From: a virus
Lineage: Duplodnaviria > Heunggongvirae > Uroviricota > Caudoviricetes
Direction: 5' to 3' (one strand)
DNA length: 64,000 bases
IMG/VR virus record: IMGVR_UViG_3300007735_000926
Span: 69,683-133,682 of that record
How positions within the stretch are numbered: position 1 is the stretch's first letter; each line of letters opens with the position of its first letter. Both the position numbers and the translations under genes were made by a program. This document shows positions 9,648 through 20,011 of the stretch, one piece after another. The notes beneath the pieces are model-generated. The model ran no database searches, had not been told where the DNA came from, and worked only from the letters and a program-made list of their open reading frames with translations.

Positions 9648-10398
9648 CGTTTTTTCATTTTACAATGAGTTGGATTTATTAGAAGTTCGTCTGAATATTT
9701 TAGACGAACATGTGGATTATTTTGTAATCGTGGAATCACGACAAACTTTCTGTGGTGATGATAAACCTTTATACTATGAAGAGAATAAAGAAAGATTTTC
9801 AAAATGGCATCACAAAATCATTCACCATGTGATGTTAGATTTCCCACAAGACAATGAGCATTATCAACGAGCACTGAGAAGTCCAAATGTTGGAGATGGT
9901 GCTGATAATTGGTTGCGAGAATTCTATCAAAAAGAGGCACCTATCAGAGCTTTGGAACATGTTTGCAGCGATGATGATATCATTTTTCTTTCAGATTTGG
10001 ATGAGATTTGGAATCCAAAAATTAAATTTGATATTAAAGATGGTGAAGTGTACCGACCAATACAAACTGCATATCCGTATTATCTAAATAATCGTTCGAA
10101 CCAAGACATTGGATGTTGGACGGGAACAAGAGTGGGCACATATAAGACCCTGAAGCACTATGGATGTAATCATTTCAGAACTGAACGAGAGGCTAGAAGT
10201 ATCCCTATTTCAAATGGTGGGTGGCACTTTAGTTGGACAAATAAAGATTCGAAATATGACGCATTCAAATATAATGATGTCCACGCTCGATTTGAAATTG
10301 TATCGAGAGAAATGACTTGGAAAGATGAATCGGATTTACCAGAATATATCATAAAAAATAAAGAAGAATTAGTTAAGAAAGGATTAATGTTACTATGA
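9634..10398 (+). CDS. GT17-like glycosyltransferase (start revised to MRIFD)
   Basis: FYNELDLLEVRLNIL..HVDYFVIVES..TF, SDLDEI, GGWHFSW. Confidence 0.8.
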   Translation: MRIFDVFSFYNELDLLEVRLNILDEHVDYFVIVESRQTFCGDDKPLYYEENKERFSKWHHKIIHHVMLDFPQDNEHYQRALRSPNVGDGADNWLREFYQKEAPIRALEHVCSDDDIIFLSDLDEIWNPKIKFDIKDGEVYRPIQTAYPYYLNNRSNQDIGCWTGTRVGTYKTLKHYGCNHFRTEREARSIPISNGGWHFSWTNKDSKYDAFKYNDVHARFEIVSREMTWKDESDLPEYIIKNKEELVKKGLMLL

Positions 10399-10994
10399 CG
10401 AGAACACAAATTATTAATGGGCTTATTAATAAGCATGGATATCAAGATTATTTGGAAATTGGTGTAAATACACCAGCACAACCCGGATATAATTGGGAAG
10501 GAGTGAAGGTGAAAAACAAAATTGGGGTCGATCCAAATGTTGATCATGAGGGCGTCTATAAGATGACATCCGATGATTTCTTTGAAAAAATTACACCGCA
10601 GCTTAACGACATTGTGTTCGTGGATGGTTTACATATTTTCGAACAAGCCTACCGGGATATCGTGAACTCTTTGAAATGGTTATCGCCAAATGGCACTATC
10701 GTTGTTCATGATTGCAATCCTGTTACAGAAATTACTCAACGTAGAGAACGTGCCTCAGATGCATGGCATGGTGATGTCTGGAAGGCTATCGTGAAGCTTC
10801 GTATGGAGGAGATTGGGCTTACTATTCACACTGTCGATACTGATGAGGGTTGTGCTATTATTCGTCGCGGTAGCCAAATTTTACTTCCTGTTTCTCCTGA
10901 TGAAGATCCATATGATTATTCGTTTTTGGAAAAACGCCGGATTGAGGCATTGAATTTGATTAGCGTAGAAGACTTCAATAGGATATATTTATGA
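10395..10994 (+). CDS. Class I SAM-dependent methyltransferase (Methyltransf_24-like)
   Basis: YLEIGV, DIVFVDGLH, LSPNGTIVVHD. Confidence 0.8.
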   Translation: MTRTQIINGLINKHGYQDYLEIGVNTPAQPGYNWEGVKVKNKIGVDPNVDHEGVYKMTSDDFFEKITPQLNDIVFVDGLHIFEQAYRDIVNSLKWLSPNGTIVVHDCNPVTEITQRRERASDAWHGDVWKAIVKLRMEEIGLTIHTVDTDEGCAIIRRGSQILLPVSPDEDPYDYSFLEKRRIEALNLISVEDFNRIYL

Positions 10995-11728
10995 AAAAAA
11001 TTCATAAAAATTTTGTAGTGGTTAGTGATTACAATTGGTTGCCTGAGAATCTTGAGGATTCTTGGGTAGATCAATGGTGTGAAAATTATCTTATTTATGA
11101 TCGTTATCATAGATTTCCCGAATCTGACAAGGTGAAGCATCAGAAAAATGTTGGGCAAAATCATTATGATATGTTTGATTTCATAATTAATAATTATGAA
11201 AATTTACCAGAATCGATTCTTTTTTGTCGGTCATGTTTAATGTTTCCTAAAGATACTGGAACTCCGAGATATGATGAAAATGGTAAAAGATTATCAACTG
11301 GTAATTGCACGGAAGAATTTTTTCTGAATGTTGCGAATAATACAACATTCACGGAAATACAAGATTTCACTAGCGAACCATGGAGGATCAACGGTATAGC
11401 AAATAGAATTGGACCAGATAATAGTTATTTAGAACAGAATAATTCTTGGTATTTCGGAAAACATCCGGGAAAATATTATTCAAATTTAAATGATTTTTTG
11501 AAAGATGTATATAAAAATCCTCCAGATTTAGAGTATGTTCGTTTTTCCCCCGGTGGGAATTATATTATACCGAGAGAATATATTTTAAAATATAGTAAAA
11601 AATTTTATGAATATATCAGAAGTCTTATGGATTGGACAGTTATCTCAGGAGAAATCCACATGATTGAGAGGATTACATATCATATGTTTGTTGACGATTG
11701 GGAAGTGGTGGATAAATATAAAACATGA
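10991..11728 (+). CDS. DUF3431-like protein
   Basis: NVGQN..D..FIINNYENLPE..LF and FSPGGNYIIPRE.I; HMIER. Confidence 0.6.
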   Translation: MKKIHKNFVVVSDYNWLPENLEDSWVDQWCENYLIYDRYHRFPESDKVKHQKNVGQNHYDMFDFIINNYENLPESILFCRSCLMFPKDTGTPRYDENGKRLSTGNCTEEFFLNVANNTTFTEIQDFTSEPWRINGIANRIGPDNSYLEQNNSWYFGKHPGKYYSNLNDFLKDVYKNPPDLEYVRFSPGGNYIIPREYILKYSKKFYEYIRSLMDWTVISGEIHMIERITYHMFVDDWEVVDKYKT

Positions 11729-12696
11729 AGAGTATTTTAATTACTGGAGGATTAGGATTTATCGGCGCACATTCAATTTTAAAATGGAAAGAATTGGGAT
11801 GGAAAATTAAAGTGATCGATAATTTATCCACAAATACAATTAATTTGGATGATCCTATTCTTGAAAATGTAGAGGTGATCAATTCTGATATTTTAGATGT
11901 TGACTATACAACATTGGATAAAATAGATATGATTCTCCATTTGGCATCCCCAGTTGGCCCAGTGGGTGTTTTGAAACATTCTGGTAAAATGGCTAGAATT
12001 ATCTTAGATGATATTTATTGGGTAATAAATTGCGCAGCGCATCATAAGTCTTCTTTAGTTTTTGTATCGACTTCGGAAATTTATGGTTATCGCGAACAAA
12101 AAAGTTATCTGAAAGAAGATGGTGATAAAGTTCTCAGAGGTGAATTTACAGTGAGAAATGAATACGCAATTGCTAAATTGTTATCTGAAATTGTTTTAGA
12201 TAATTATGGTAAAATGTGTCCAGATTTAAAATATCAAATCGTCCGACCTTTCAATGTAACTGGTGAATATCAATTACCTGACGGCGGATTCGTATTACCC
12301 AGATTTGTCAAACAAGCTTTAGATGGGGATGATATAACTGTTTACTACGATGGTTCGCAAATCAGAGCATTTACTTGGGTAAAGGATATAGTCGATGGTA
12401 TTCATTTGGTGTCTCAAGCACCAGAAAATCTTTGGAATCAAGAATGGAATATTGGTAATGAAAAAAATGAAAACACTATTTTATATCTAGCTGAAAAAGT
12501 GAAGCATATGACAAATAGTAAATCAAATATATCATTTGTAGACCCAACTATATTACACGGAAAATATTTTTCAGAAGCTCCTGAAAAAATCCCTAATAGT
12601 GAAAAAATTAAAAAACTTTTAGGTTGGAATCCTACGAAAAATATTGATGAAATAATTAAAGAAGTCGTGGATTATTATGAGCGTATGTTACGTTAA
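11725..12696 (+). CDS. NAD-dependent nucleotide-sugar epimerase/dehydratase (extended SDR)
   Basis: ITGGLGFIG, STSEIYG, YAIAK (YxxxK), VRPFNVTG. Confidence 0.9.
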   Translation: MKSILITGGLGFIGAHSILKWKELGWKIKVIDNLSTNTINLDDPILENVEVINSDILDVDYTTLDKIDMILHLASPVGPVGVLKHSGKMARIILDDIYWVINCAAHHKSSLVFVSTSEIYGYREQKSYLKEDGDKVLRGEFTVRNEYAIAKLLSEIVLDNYGKMCPDLKYQIVRPFNVTGEYQLPDGGFVLPRFVKQALDGDDITVYYDGSQIRAFTWVKDIVDGIHLVSQAPENLWNQEWNIGNEKNENTILYLAEKVKHMTNSKSNISFVDPTILHGKYFSEAPEKIPNSEKIKKLLGWNPTKNIDEIIKEVVDYYERMLR

Positions 12697-13417
12697 TATT
12701 ATAGGTGGTGTGGGTAACCAGCTATTCCAAATAGCTGCTGGATATGCTTATGCTAAAATACATGGTAAAAAATTGGTCATCAATACGAGCAACTGGTCTG
12801 CTGGCCAAGGCACCAACCCTTCAATATATAAAGATACAATTTTTAAGAATTTTGAATATGGTAATTACGTTACAAGAGATGTAATAGGAATACAAGAGAA
12901 GAGATTTAATTATGATGAATTACCATATTATGAAGGTAGTGTCTCACTGAATGGATATTTTCAGTCTTTAAAATATTTTGAAGAATTCAAAGATGAATTC
13001 ATATCTTTGTTAAATTTACCAAAAATTAAAGATGATTTCAAAATCGATGTCGGATTTCATATTAGAAGAGGTGATTATTTAAAATATCCAGACATTCATT
13101 ACGTTTGTCATACAGAATATTTTAAACATTTCTTTGAGAAATTCAAAGATAGAGACATCAAGGTATTCACTGACGATCCTGATCATGTAGCGAATGAATT
13201 CTCCGATTATAAATTTGATATATTGAAATCAGATTCTGATATCAAAGAACTTGCATGCATGGCAAAGTCTGATACACTCGTTGGTAGTAACTCCACTTTT
13301 TCTTGGTGGGCTGCTTTGATCGGCAATACAACATCCTATTTCCCTTCCAAGTGGTTCGTGAATAATAGTGAAGCTACTGACATCTATCACGAAAAAATTA
13401 TAAAACACGATGTTTAA
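12677..13417 (+). CDS. GT11 alpha-1,2-fucosyltransferase-like protein (second copy)
   Basis: GGVGNQLFQ, LNGYFQS.KYF, FHIRRGDY, SNSTFSWWAA. Confidence 0.85.
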   Translation: MSVCYVNIIGGVGNQLFQIAAGYAYAKIHGKKLVINTSNWSAGQGTNPSIYKDTIFKNFEYGNYVTRDVIGIQEKRFNYDELPYYEGSVSLNGYFQSLKYFEEFKDEFISLLNLPKIKDDFKIDVGFHIRRGDYLKYPDIHYVCHTEYFKHFFEKFKDRDIKVFTDDPDHVANEFSDYKFDILKSDSDIKELACMAKSDTLVGSNSTFSWWAALIGNTTSYFPSKWFVNNSEATDIYHEKIIKHDV

Positions 13418-13682
13418 TGCAATAAACCACATTCTCTTCGAGAAGAAAGGGGAAATGACGAATGAATTACTGGCAGAATTTTCACCATACATGGTGACTC
13501 GATATTTAAGTTTCTACGATGCTGATCTATTGAATTACGCCAATGAGACGATCAACAAGTATTCAGAAATATTCGAAACAGATGAAGAAAAATTTCGTTT
13601 TTTCGAAAACATTGTTCCAAAATTGAAGAGAAAAAATATCAAATATATTTCCAAGAAAAGGAATATCCCAGATAATTCCTGA
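13410..13682 (+). CDS. Putative clamp-loader small subunit (T4 gp62-like)
   Basis: FSPYMVTRYLS....YANE.N....F....VPKLKRKNIKYISK resembles the gp62 pattern of aquatic T4-like phages. Confidence 0.5.
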   Translation: MFNAINHILFEKKGEMTNELLAEFSPYMVTRYLSFYDADLLNYANETINKYSEIFETDEEKFRFFENIVPKLKRKNIKYISKKRNIPDNS

Positions 13683-13691
13683 CATTAAATG

Positions 13692-14444
13692 TCATTTAGG
13701 ATTATTTTTCAGATGATCTTTCAGCAGTTGATTATAATCTGTATTCCATTTTGGAACCAATTCAATATCTCCGATTGGAATTTTTCCCGAATTTTTCAAA
13801 TTATCAATGTGTTTGGAATGTCTCATTACTACATTTTCTCTATCAGGAGTATCTGTCCCTAGACCAGACATGTGATATGATCTTCCACCCCACAGATACA
13901 TCCATGATACCTCATCATCAGGAGGATCAGCATTGACAACCTTGCATTTGTATTGATTTTTTATTTTAATGACGAAAGACATGTCATAGCCAGCATTTTC
14001 CAATTCGTGCTTTCCAGATCTTTCCCAGATTTCTTTGGTATAAATAATGCCAGAATTTCCCAAAGAAGTCAAAGCATCTATTTTTTTATAATTGACGAAC
14101 GCACCTTTTTGCCAATGTAGTAAATCGTGACTTGGGAAATATTTGTTTATATTGCTCAAGTGATTTGATAATGCGATATCATCATCATCCCAAACTGCGA
14201 TGGTATTGTAATTACAATTTTCCACGGCGAAATTTTCCTTTTCTCCAATTGTGTCAAATGTTTTATCTACATTGATTATTTTAACCTTTGGGTGATCAAA
14301 ATATAATTTTTGTTCAGGATAATCATTCACTATCACCATCTCGCTATCACCATCATATTCTTGATTTAAGAAGCTATATAAAGATTCCTCTAATAAATCA
14401 ATTCGCCCATATGTGATACATTTACATGAAATAGGAATTGCCAT
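13692..14444 (-). CDS. Glycosyltransferase, GT2-like
   Basis: CITYGR, MVIVND, IGEKENFAVE, AVWDDDD; perfect TATAAATA upstream. Confidence 0.75.
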   Translation of the reverse strand: MAIPISCKCITYGRIDLLEESLYSFLNQEYDGDSEMVIVNDYPEQKLYFDHPKVKIINVDKTFDTIGEKENFAVENCNYNTIAVWDDDDIALSNHLSNINKYFPSHDLLHWQKGAFVNYKKIDALTSLGNSGIIYTKEIWERSGKHELENAGYDMSFVIKIKNQYKCKVVNADPPDDEVSWMYLWGGRSYHMSGLGTDTPDRENVVMRHSKHIDNLKNSGKIPIGDIELVPKWNTDYNQLLKDHLKNNPK

Positions 14445-14537
14445 ATTTATTTATATAGTAATAATTTAAGATTTATCAACAGATAGAATATTTATTAATA
14501 AATGGTTGACATCCAACATTAATCAATAAATATTTTC

Positions 14538-14966
14538 ATGTCGAATGTATCAATTGATGTTTTAGCTACCCAGAAGTCCCATATTGACCTTAGTGATAAG
14601 GCACTCCCTAGCGATTTCGGGTTGGATGATTATAGCTTATCGAAGCTGTTTGATGATGTGATGCTCCTTGAATATTGTGATTTGGTCACAGGAGAAGAAA
14701 CGGGGGATTATATTTTACGTGGAGGGATTGCAATCCCTGTCGCCCAAGTTCATAATGCTTGGAGGAAAGGAAAGGTTATCCTCAAAGGTCCAAATGTTCG
14801 ATATACCGAAGTCGGTGATATCGTCGTGTTTCCCAATAATATGGGTATCCCGATTACCAATTTAGAAGTGACGGGTCATGGTAAAGTGAAGAACGGACTG
14901 TTCTTGAACGAGCAACGCATGTTTGGCGTTTGTGAAATAAATGCTGAAAAGAATAAAAAGAACTGA
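14538..14966 (+). CDS. GroES/Cpn10-like co-chaperonin (T4 gp31 analogue)
   Basis: LFDDVMLLE, GGIAIP mobile loop, GKVILKGP..TEVGDIVVF; TAAATA-N5-ATG. Confidence 0.65.
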   Translation: MSNVSIDVLATQKSHIDLSDKALPSDFGLDDYSLSKLFDDVMLLEYCDLVTGEETGDYILRGGIAIPVAQVHNAWRKGKVILKGPNVRYTEVGDIVVFPNNMGIPITNLEVTGHGKVKNGLFLNEQRMFGVCEINAEKNKKN

Positions 14967-15354
14967 ATTGCAGAGATTACTGAAAAGTAATGTTTGTGAT
15001 TTATTGGTTGTTCGTAGACGACCTGAACGTGCGCCGGGAAGACCGGAATTGCGTCAGATGTTATGCACGAACAGTATGGAACTTCTTAGATCTGAAAATG
15101 GTCTAAGAGTATTGAATTACTCAGGTTCTTTTGAACCTAAAAAAGTTGACGAACGTAAGCATAATTTAGTCGTTACATGGGACATTTTCATGCAGGATTA
15201 CAGAAACGTCTCAATGGATTTGTGCTATCTCGTTCAAAAAATTCCAGCGGATGACAATTTTTGGAAATTTTTCAATGAAAATATATTCCCAATGAGTCCG
15301 AATGAGAAAATGCGATACATGGATCTTGAACTCAATCTCGACACTTATCAATGA
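14941..15354 (+). CDS. DUF2693/WYL_2-like hypothetical protein
   Basis: LLKSNVC.L...RR...RQMLCT and VVTWDI..QDYRNV pattern. Confidence 0.45.
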   Translation: MLKRIKRTELQRLLKSNVCDLLVVRRRPERAPGRPELRQMLCTNSMELLRSENGLRVLNYSGSFEPKKVDERKHNLVVTWDIFMQDYRNVSMDLCYLVQKIPADDNFWKFFNENIFPMSPNEKMRYMDLELNLDTYQ

Positions 15355-15680
15355 ATAGAATCGAAGAATATCTTAAAAAAATAATTTTCCGCGATGTAAA
15401 ATTTGTGCTGAATTCTCGGACTATCAAATCGGGTAAAATACAAATGTTCAATACCAAGCAAAATTTTGTAAGGTTTAAAATTGAAGAAGACGGAGAAGTG
15501 AAAGAATGGGAACTTTCTTACCCGTATGATGTCAAAGTAACCGACAATGGATTTATTTTTGATTACGCTCTGAGTGCATTTTGTCCAAGAACTGAAGAGG
15601 TTTATTGGAAGATGAAGGCGATCAACAAATCGGAAGCATCCAAATTTTTCGATAATTACCTTTACGTCTTGACATCCTGA
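15351..15680 (+). CDS. Hypothetical protein
   Basis: 109-aa ORF, ATGA overlap. Confidence 0.6.
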   Translation: MNRIEEYLKKIIFRDVKFVLNSRTIKSGKIQMFNTKQNFVRFKIEEDGEVKEWELSYPYDVKVTDNGFIFDYALSAFCPRTEEVYWKMKAINKSEASKFFDNYLYVLTS

Positions 15681-15703
15681 TTGACTCTGATACTCTTTCC
15701 TCC

Positions 15704-15784
15704 ATGGAAGAGAAATTCAATCAACAATATTCAATGCCGCTCAATACGTGGTATTCTCTTTTATGCGGACCCGAGTGGGTCTAA
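15704..15784 (+). CDS. Possible 26-aa peptide behind a sigma70-like promoter
   Basis: TTGACA(15669)-N16-TACTCT-N7-ATG; MEEKFNQQYSMPLNTWYSLLCGPEWV*. Confidence 0.3.
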   Translation: MEEKFNQQYSMPLNTWYSLLCGPEWV

Positions 15785-15804
15785 ATTTGGTATAATATGT
15801 AATC

Positions 15805-17430
15805 ATGAATAATTTAATCTTAAATTTCCCAGAGGGATTTAGTCCTCGTGATAAGCAAGCCCAAGCTCTCAATGCTATTGAAAAAGCATTCGAAAATGGG
15901 AAAAAGTTCGTCATTGTCCATGCTGATACGGGTGTTGGTAAAACACACTTGGCGAAAACTCTTGGTAATGTATCCAAGGATGTGCCCGTCGAATTTGAAC
16001 GACTCGTAAAAAATTACAGCATTTTCGCTGAAAATGGCAGTGAATTGGTGGCTGATATTGAACCATTTGGTTGCTACTCTTTGACGATTACTAAATCGCT
16101 GCAAGACCAATATCAGAATACTTTCGATGATACGGGTGTTCTGAAAGGTAAGAGCAATTACCAGTGTGATGTTGATGATACATTATCAGTTGATGTCGCC
16201 CCTTGTATCTATGTTGCAAATCAAAAGAATGAATGTTGGAAAGCAAATCGTTGTCCATATTACAATTCTCGTAATGACATGCTCACATCGAAATTTTCCG
16301 CATTAAATTATAGCATGTTCTTTTCTCTCCCAAATCATCTTAAGAAGAGGCAAATTATTGTTTGTGATGAGGGTTCCGAGTTGGAGGAACAATTGGTGGG
16401 TCAATTCACCTGCGAAGTGGATATCCCATTTCTAATGAAGACTCAAACTCTTGTAACGCCTTTCCCAAATGATGATAAGAATAAAACGAAAGTGTTGGCA
16501 TGGGTTAGTAAAATTTCTGACAGTGTGACCAATTCTGTAGATGAATATAAAAATTGGTTTGGAGAAAATAGCGGTAAAAAGGATATCATCACCTTCAATA
16601 AAAAGAAGCAAGAATATACTAAACTTACCAATTTACAAAATTCGCTGGCATTGTTGGTCGAAACTTTTTATGACAGTGATTACATCGTGGAGAGATTGGA
16701 GAATAACATTCGATTCATCCCATTGAAAGTCGATATGCTGTCAAAATATTTGTTTCAATATGCAGAGAAGGTTGTTATTCTATCGGCAACGATCATCGAT
16801 CCTAATGCCTATTGCAAGGCTCTCGGTATTACCAATTTCGAATACATCCATATTGGAACTGATTTTAATCCTGAAAAATCCCCGATTCATATTATGGCGA
16901 AGCAGAAATTGAATTTCTCTAATTTGAAGGCCATGCTTCCAACTTTGATGAAACAAATCAAAGGAATCATGGAACATCATTCTAATGAAAAGGGTATTAT
17001 CCACACTCATACTCAGTATTTGGCGGATTACATTCGAGAAAATATAAAATCTGACCGTTTACTTTGCAGAGAAGCAGGTGTGAATAATGAACAATTGTTG
17101 GAAATACATGAATCGTCCGATGAGCCTACCATTCTCGTGTCACCCTCGATGACTTATGGTGTAGACTTGAAAGGTGATCTGTCTCGCTTTCAAATTATCC
17201 TTAAGGCACCATGGCTCCCTACAAAGGATGTGCGGGTGGAGAAATTGATGAAAATTGACAAAGATTGGTATGGGAATGCAATGTTGAAGACTCTTCTTCA
17301 GGCTTGCGGTCGCAGTGTTCGCGCTCATGATGACTGGTGCGAAACATACATACTTGACGGGAGCATTTTCGATGCTATTAATAGAAACAAGAAGAAGCTT
17401 CCGAAGTTTTTCCTAGATAGATTCAACTAA
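15805..17430 (+). CDS. DinG/XPD-family SF2 helicase
   Basis: ADTGVGKT, CDEGSELE, LSATI, GVDLKGD..RFQII.KAP, QACGRSVR..DD.CETYILD; clustered Cys suggest an Fe-S or Zn site. Confidence 0.85.
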   Translation: MNNLILNFPEGFSPRDKQAQALNAIEKAFENGKKFVIVHADTGVGKTHLAKTLGNVSKDVPVEFERLVKNYSIFAENGSELVADIEPFGCYSLTITKSLQDQYQNTFDDTGVLKGKSNYQCDVDDTLSVDVAPCIYVANQKNECWKANRCPYYNSRNDMLTSKFSALNYSMFFSLPNHLKKRQIIVCDEGSELEEQLVGQFTCEVDIPFLMKTQTLVTPFPNDDKNKTKVLAWVSKISDSVTNSVDEYKNWFGENSGKKDIITFNKKKQEYTKLTNLQNSLALLVETFYDSDYIVERLENNIRFIPLKVDMLSKYLFQYAEKVVILSATIIDPNAYCKALGITNFEYIHIGTDFNPEKSPIHIMAKQKLNFSNLKAMLPTLMKQIKGIMEHHSNEKGIIHTHTQYLADYIRENIKSDRLLCREAGVNNEQLLEIHESSDEPTILVSPSMTYGVDLKGDLSRFQIILKAPWLPTKDVRVEKLMKIDKDWYGNAMLKTLLQACGRSVRAHDDWCETYILDGSIFDAINRNKKKLPKFFLDRFN

Positions 17431-17438
17431 AAAATAAA

Positions 17439-18584
17439 ATGAGTAAATTTGCAGAAATCGTCAAGCAATCATTGGCGAAAACATATTGGACCAATTCGAT
17501 TGGTGTATTTAAAAATATTTCCGAATATCCACAAGAATTCGAACAGAAATTTGGAAATACATCCCTGAATACTATCAGCTTGGATGATTATCTGGTCGAT
17601 ATTAAAAAAATTGATGAGACTCATGAATTTCTCAGAAAATGGGGTTTTGATGTCACTAAGCAATATAAAATCAACGATTTCAAATCGTCATTTTATTTTA
17701 ATGAATCTCTCTTCATGATGATTCGCTGTAATTTTGGTTTGCGCCAAAATAAAGTGAATAACAGTGACGATGATGATATGATCAGTATTGATGATAGAAA
17801 TTCATTTTCAATATACTTTTGTCCGCTATTGAAGAATAAAAAGTTGATCGAACAATTTTTAAATGAATTGTCCGATATAGATATTTTGTTTGTCCCAGAA
17901 TCTGAGAAAAATTTCTACATGATTGCTCAAGGAGCACATGGTTTGTATAAACAAAAAACCACTTTCAATAATATTGAAATTAAGGATAATAGATATGATT
18001 TGTATTATGGTGAATCTTTTCCACATGAAAAAATTCTGAATTTTGTCAAGCAAGATCATCCTGAAAGTTTGATGCTTCTTCATGGGGTTCCCGGTAGCGG
18101 AAAATCAAATTTGATTAAAAATCTGATTACTGAATGTGTTGATGATGTCATTTACATTCCACCTTCGATGGTATCGGTCATATCACAGCCATCTTTCGTA
18201 TCTTTCATGTTGGAAAATCGTGGATGTATTTTGCTGATTGAAGATGCTGAAGAAATTTTATCGATTGATAGAAATTCCGGCACCCAGAATATCCTTGGTA
18301 TGACAGATGGATTTCTTCGAGATTGTATGAAAATGCGTATTATCTGCACTTTCAATTGCGACCTGAAGAAGATCGACCCGGCATTGATGCGAAAAGGTAG
18401 ACTTTATTTTGAATATCATTTTGGAAAACTTTCCATCAAAGATGGTCAGAGATTGGCTGATTATTGTGAATTGGATATTAAAATTGAGAATGAGATGACT
18501 TTGGCTGAGGTTTTTAATCATCACAAAGAAAACACATTAAAGAACTCATTTGAAGAAAGAAGTATCGGATTTGGAAATTTTTAA
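17439..18584 (+). CDS. AAA+ ATPase
   Basis: LLHGVPGSGKS, ILLIEDAE, CTFN, DPALMRKGR. Confidence 0.85.
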   Translation: MSKFAEIVKQSLAKTYWTNSIGVFKNISEYPQEFEQKFGNTSLNTISLDDYLVDIKKIDETHEFLRKWGFDVTKQYKINDFKSSFYFNESLFMMIRCNFGLRQNKVNNSDDDDMISIDDRNSFSIYFCPLLKNKKLIEQFLNELSDIDILFVPESEKNFYMIAQGAHGLYKQKTTFNNIEIKDNRYDLYYGESFPHEKILNFVKQDHPESLMLLHGVPGSGKSNLIKNLITECVDDVIYIPPSMVSVISQPSFVSFMLENRGCILLIEDAEEILSIDRNSGTQNILGMTDGFLRDCMKMRIICTFNCDLKKIDPALMRKGRLYFEYHFGKLSIKDGQRLADYCELDIKIENEMTLAEVFNHHKENTLKNSFEERSIGFGNF

Positions 18585-18599
18585 TTAAGTAATACTGTA

Positions 18600-19679
18600 A
18601 TGCGTGATTACAGTTATTTCTTTGAAAATTCCCAACTACTCAATCTGTTCGTAGCAGCATTTGACGATGCTTTCGTGTATCGTTATGATGCCAATACCAG
18701 ACAGGCTAAAGAGAGAATAGATGTTCGGTATGTTAACGGTCCAAAACACCGTGTTCTCCATGATTTGAGTGACCGAGCTAAAACGCTCACGTTGCCTGTA
18801 GTTACGATCGAACAGACAAGTTTATCTCGCGACCCATCCAGAATCTCTAATAAAGACCAATTTTTATACAGAAAACAGTTGGATTCCACCAATAGATTGG
18901 CCAAAATTCCAACACCAATTCCAGTAAATATCACACTGGATGTGAATATCATCTGCTATTTCAAAGAAGATTTGGACCAAATTATCCAAAATTTCGTTGT
19001 AAATTGTAATCCATATATTATTGTTTCTTGGAAAGTTCCTGAAAAATTCAATCTACCGTTCCTTGACGAGATTCGTTCCGAAATCCAATGGTCGGGTGAT
19101 ATCTCTTACGAGAATCCTAAAGATTTATCACCCGAAACCAAATGGCGTATTTCTGCTTCCACTTCCTTCACATTGAAGGGTTGGTTGTTCAAGGATTACA
19201 ATCAGACGCAAGCACCGATTTACGTGGTGAATGCTGATTTCCATGCATTACCAACAAATAACAAATTCTGTGATTATAATTTATTTGATGCTATCAGTGC
19301 TGAAGGTGTTCAAACAGATAGCGTATCCATCAGTGCTTATCCTGAATTTACCAATTATTTCATCAACGGTATTCACCAAGGGGATTCTTTGGTGGTTACA
19401 GAATTGAATGATAGAAATTTCACATTTTATGGTAAACGATTTGGGTATAACAACACTTGGTATCTGTCTGGTGCGTATAATATTCCTCAATTGGTCTATA
19501 CAGAGATTGATACTGCCAAGTTCCCCACAATTTCAGCATATCAATTACCAGAGAATGTTATTACAGTGGTGAACGATAATATTACCACGGTGTCGCTGAG
19601 TTCCAATTATTTAAATAATTTATCTGGTGGTTATGTTTTTGTTACTGCTAATGATGCGGGATGGATAAGTTCTCATTAA
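18600..19679 (+). CDS. gp15: Tail sheath stabiliser/terminator (T4 gp15-like)
   Basis: LFVAAF, VRYVNGPK, TLP, DPSR, PIPVN, DLDQIIQ....NP, FTLKGWLF. Confidence 0.75.
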   Translation: MRDYSYFFENSQLLNLFVAAFDDAFVYRYDANTRQAKERIDVRYVNGPKHRVLHDLSDRAKTLTLPVVTIEQTSLSRDPSRISNKDQFLYRKQLDSTNRLAKIPTPIPVNITLDVNIICYFKEDLDQIIQNFVVNCNPYIIVSWKVPEKFNLPFLDEIRSEIQWSGDISYENPKDLSPETKWRISASTSFTLKGWLFKDYNQTQAPIYVVNADFHALPTNNKFCDYNLFDAISAEGVQTDSVSISAYPEFTNYFINGIHQGDSLVVTELNDRNFTFYGKRFGYNNTWYLSGAYNIPQLVYTEIDTAKFPTISAYQLPENVITVVNDNITTVSLSSNYLNNLSGGYVFVTANDAGWISSH

Positions 19680-19705
19680 AAAAAACATTTCAGATAAATA
19701 ATATT

Positions 19706-19969
19706 ATGACTAAAAATGATCAAATCGCAATCGCTGAATTATACCTTGAAAATTATGAAAACAATGCAGCATCGATGTCTGTGCAAGAAATTGTCAATTC
19801 TAATATGTCAATGGCACTAGACCAACTGAAATCCCCTGATTACAATGGACGTTCTCTTATGTCACACATCCAAAATATTTTCGACACTTTAGATGAAAAT
19901 CGTATTCAATATGATCCATATGAAATCGAGCCATTGGTCATTCAATTTATTAGATCGGGTCGTTCGTAA
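19706..19969 (+). CDS. Hypothetical late protein (start revised to MTKNDQ)
   Basis: TAAATA-N5-ATG at 19695-19706. Confidence 0.55.
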   Translation: MTKNDQIAIAELYLENYENNAASMSVQEIVNSNMSMALDQLKSPDYNGRSLMSHIQNIFDTLDENRIQYDPYEIEPLVIQFIRSGRS

Positions 19970-20011
19970 GATATTAATTGAATAATTGACAAATCCCCCT
20001 AAATAATAAAT

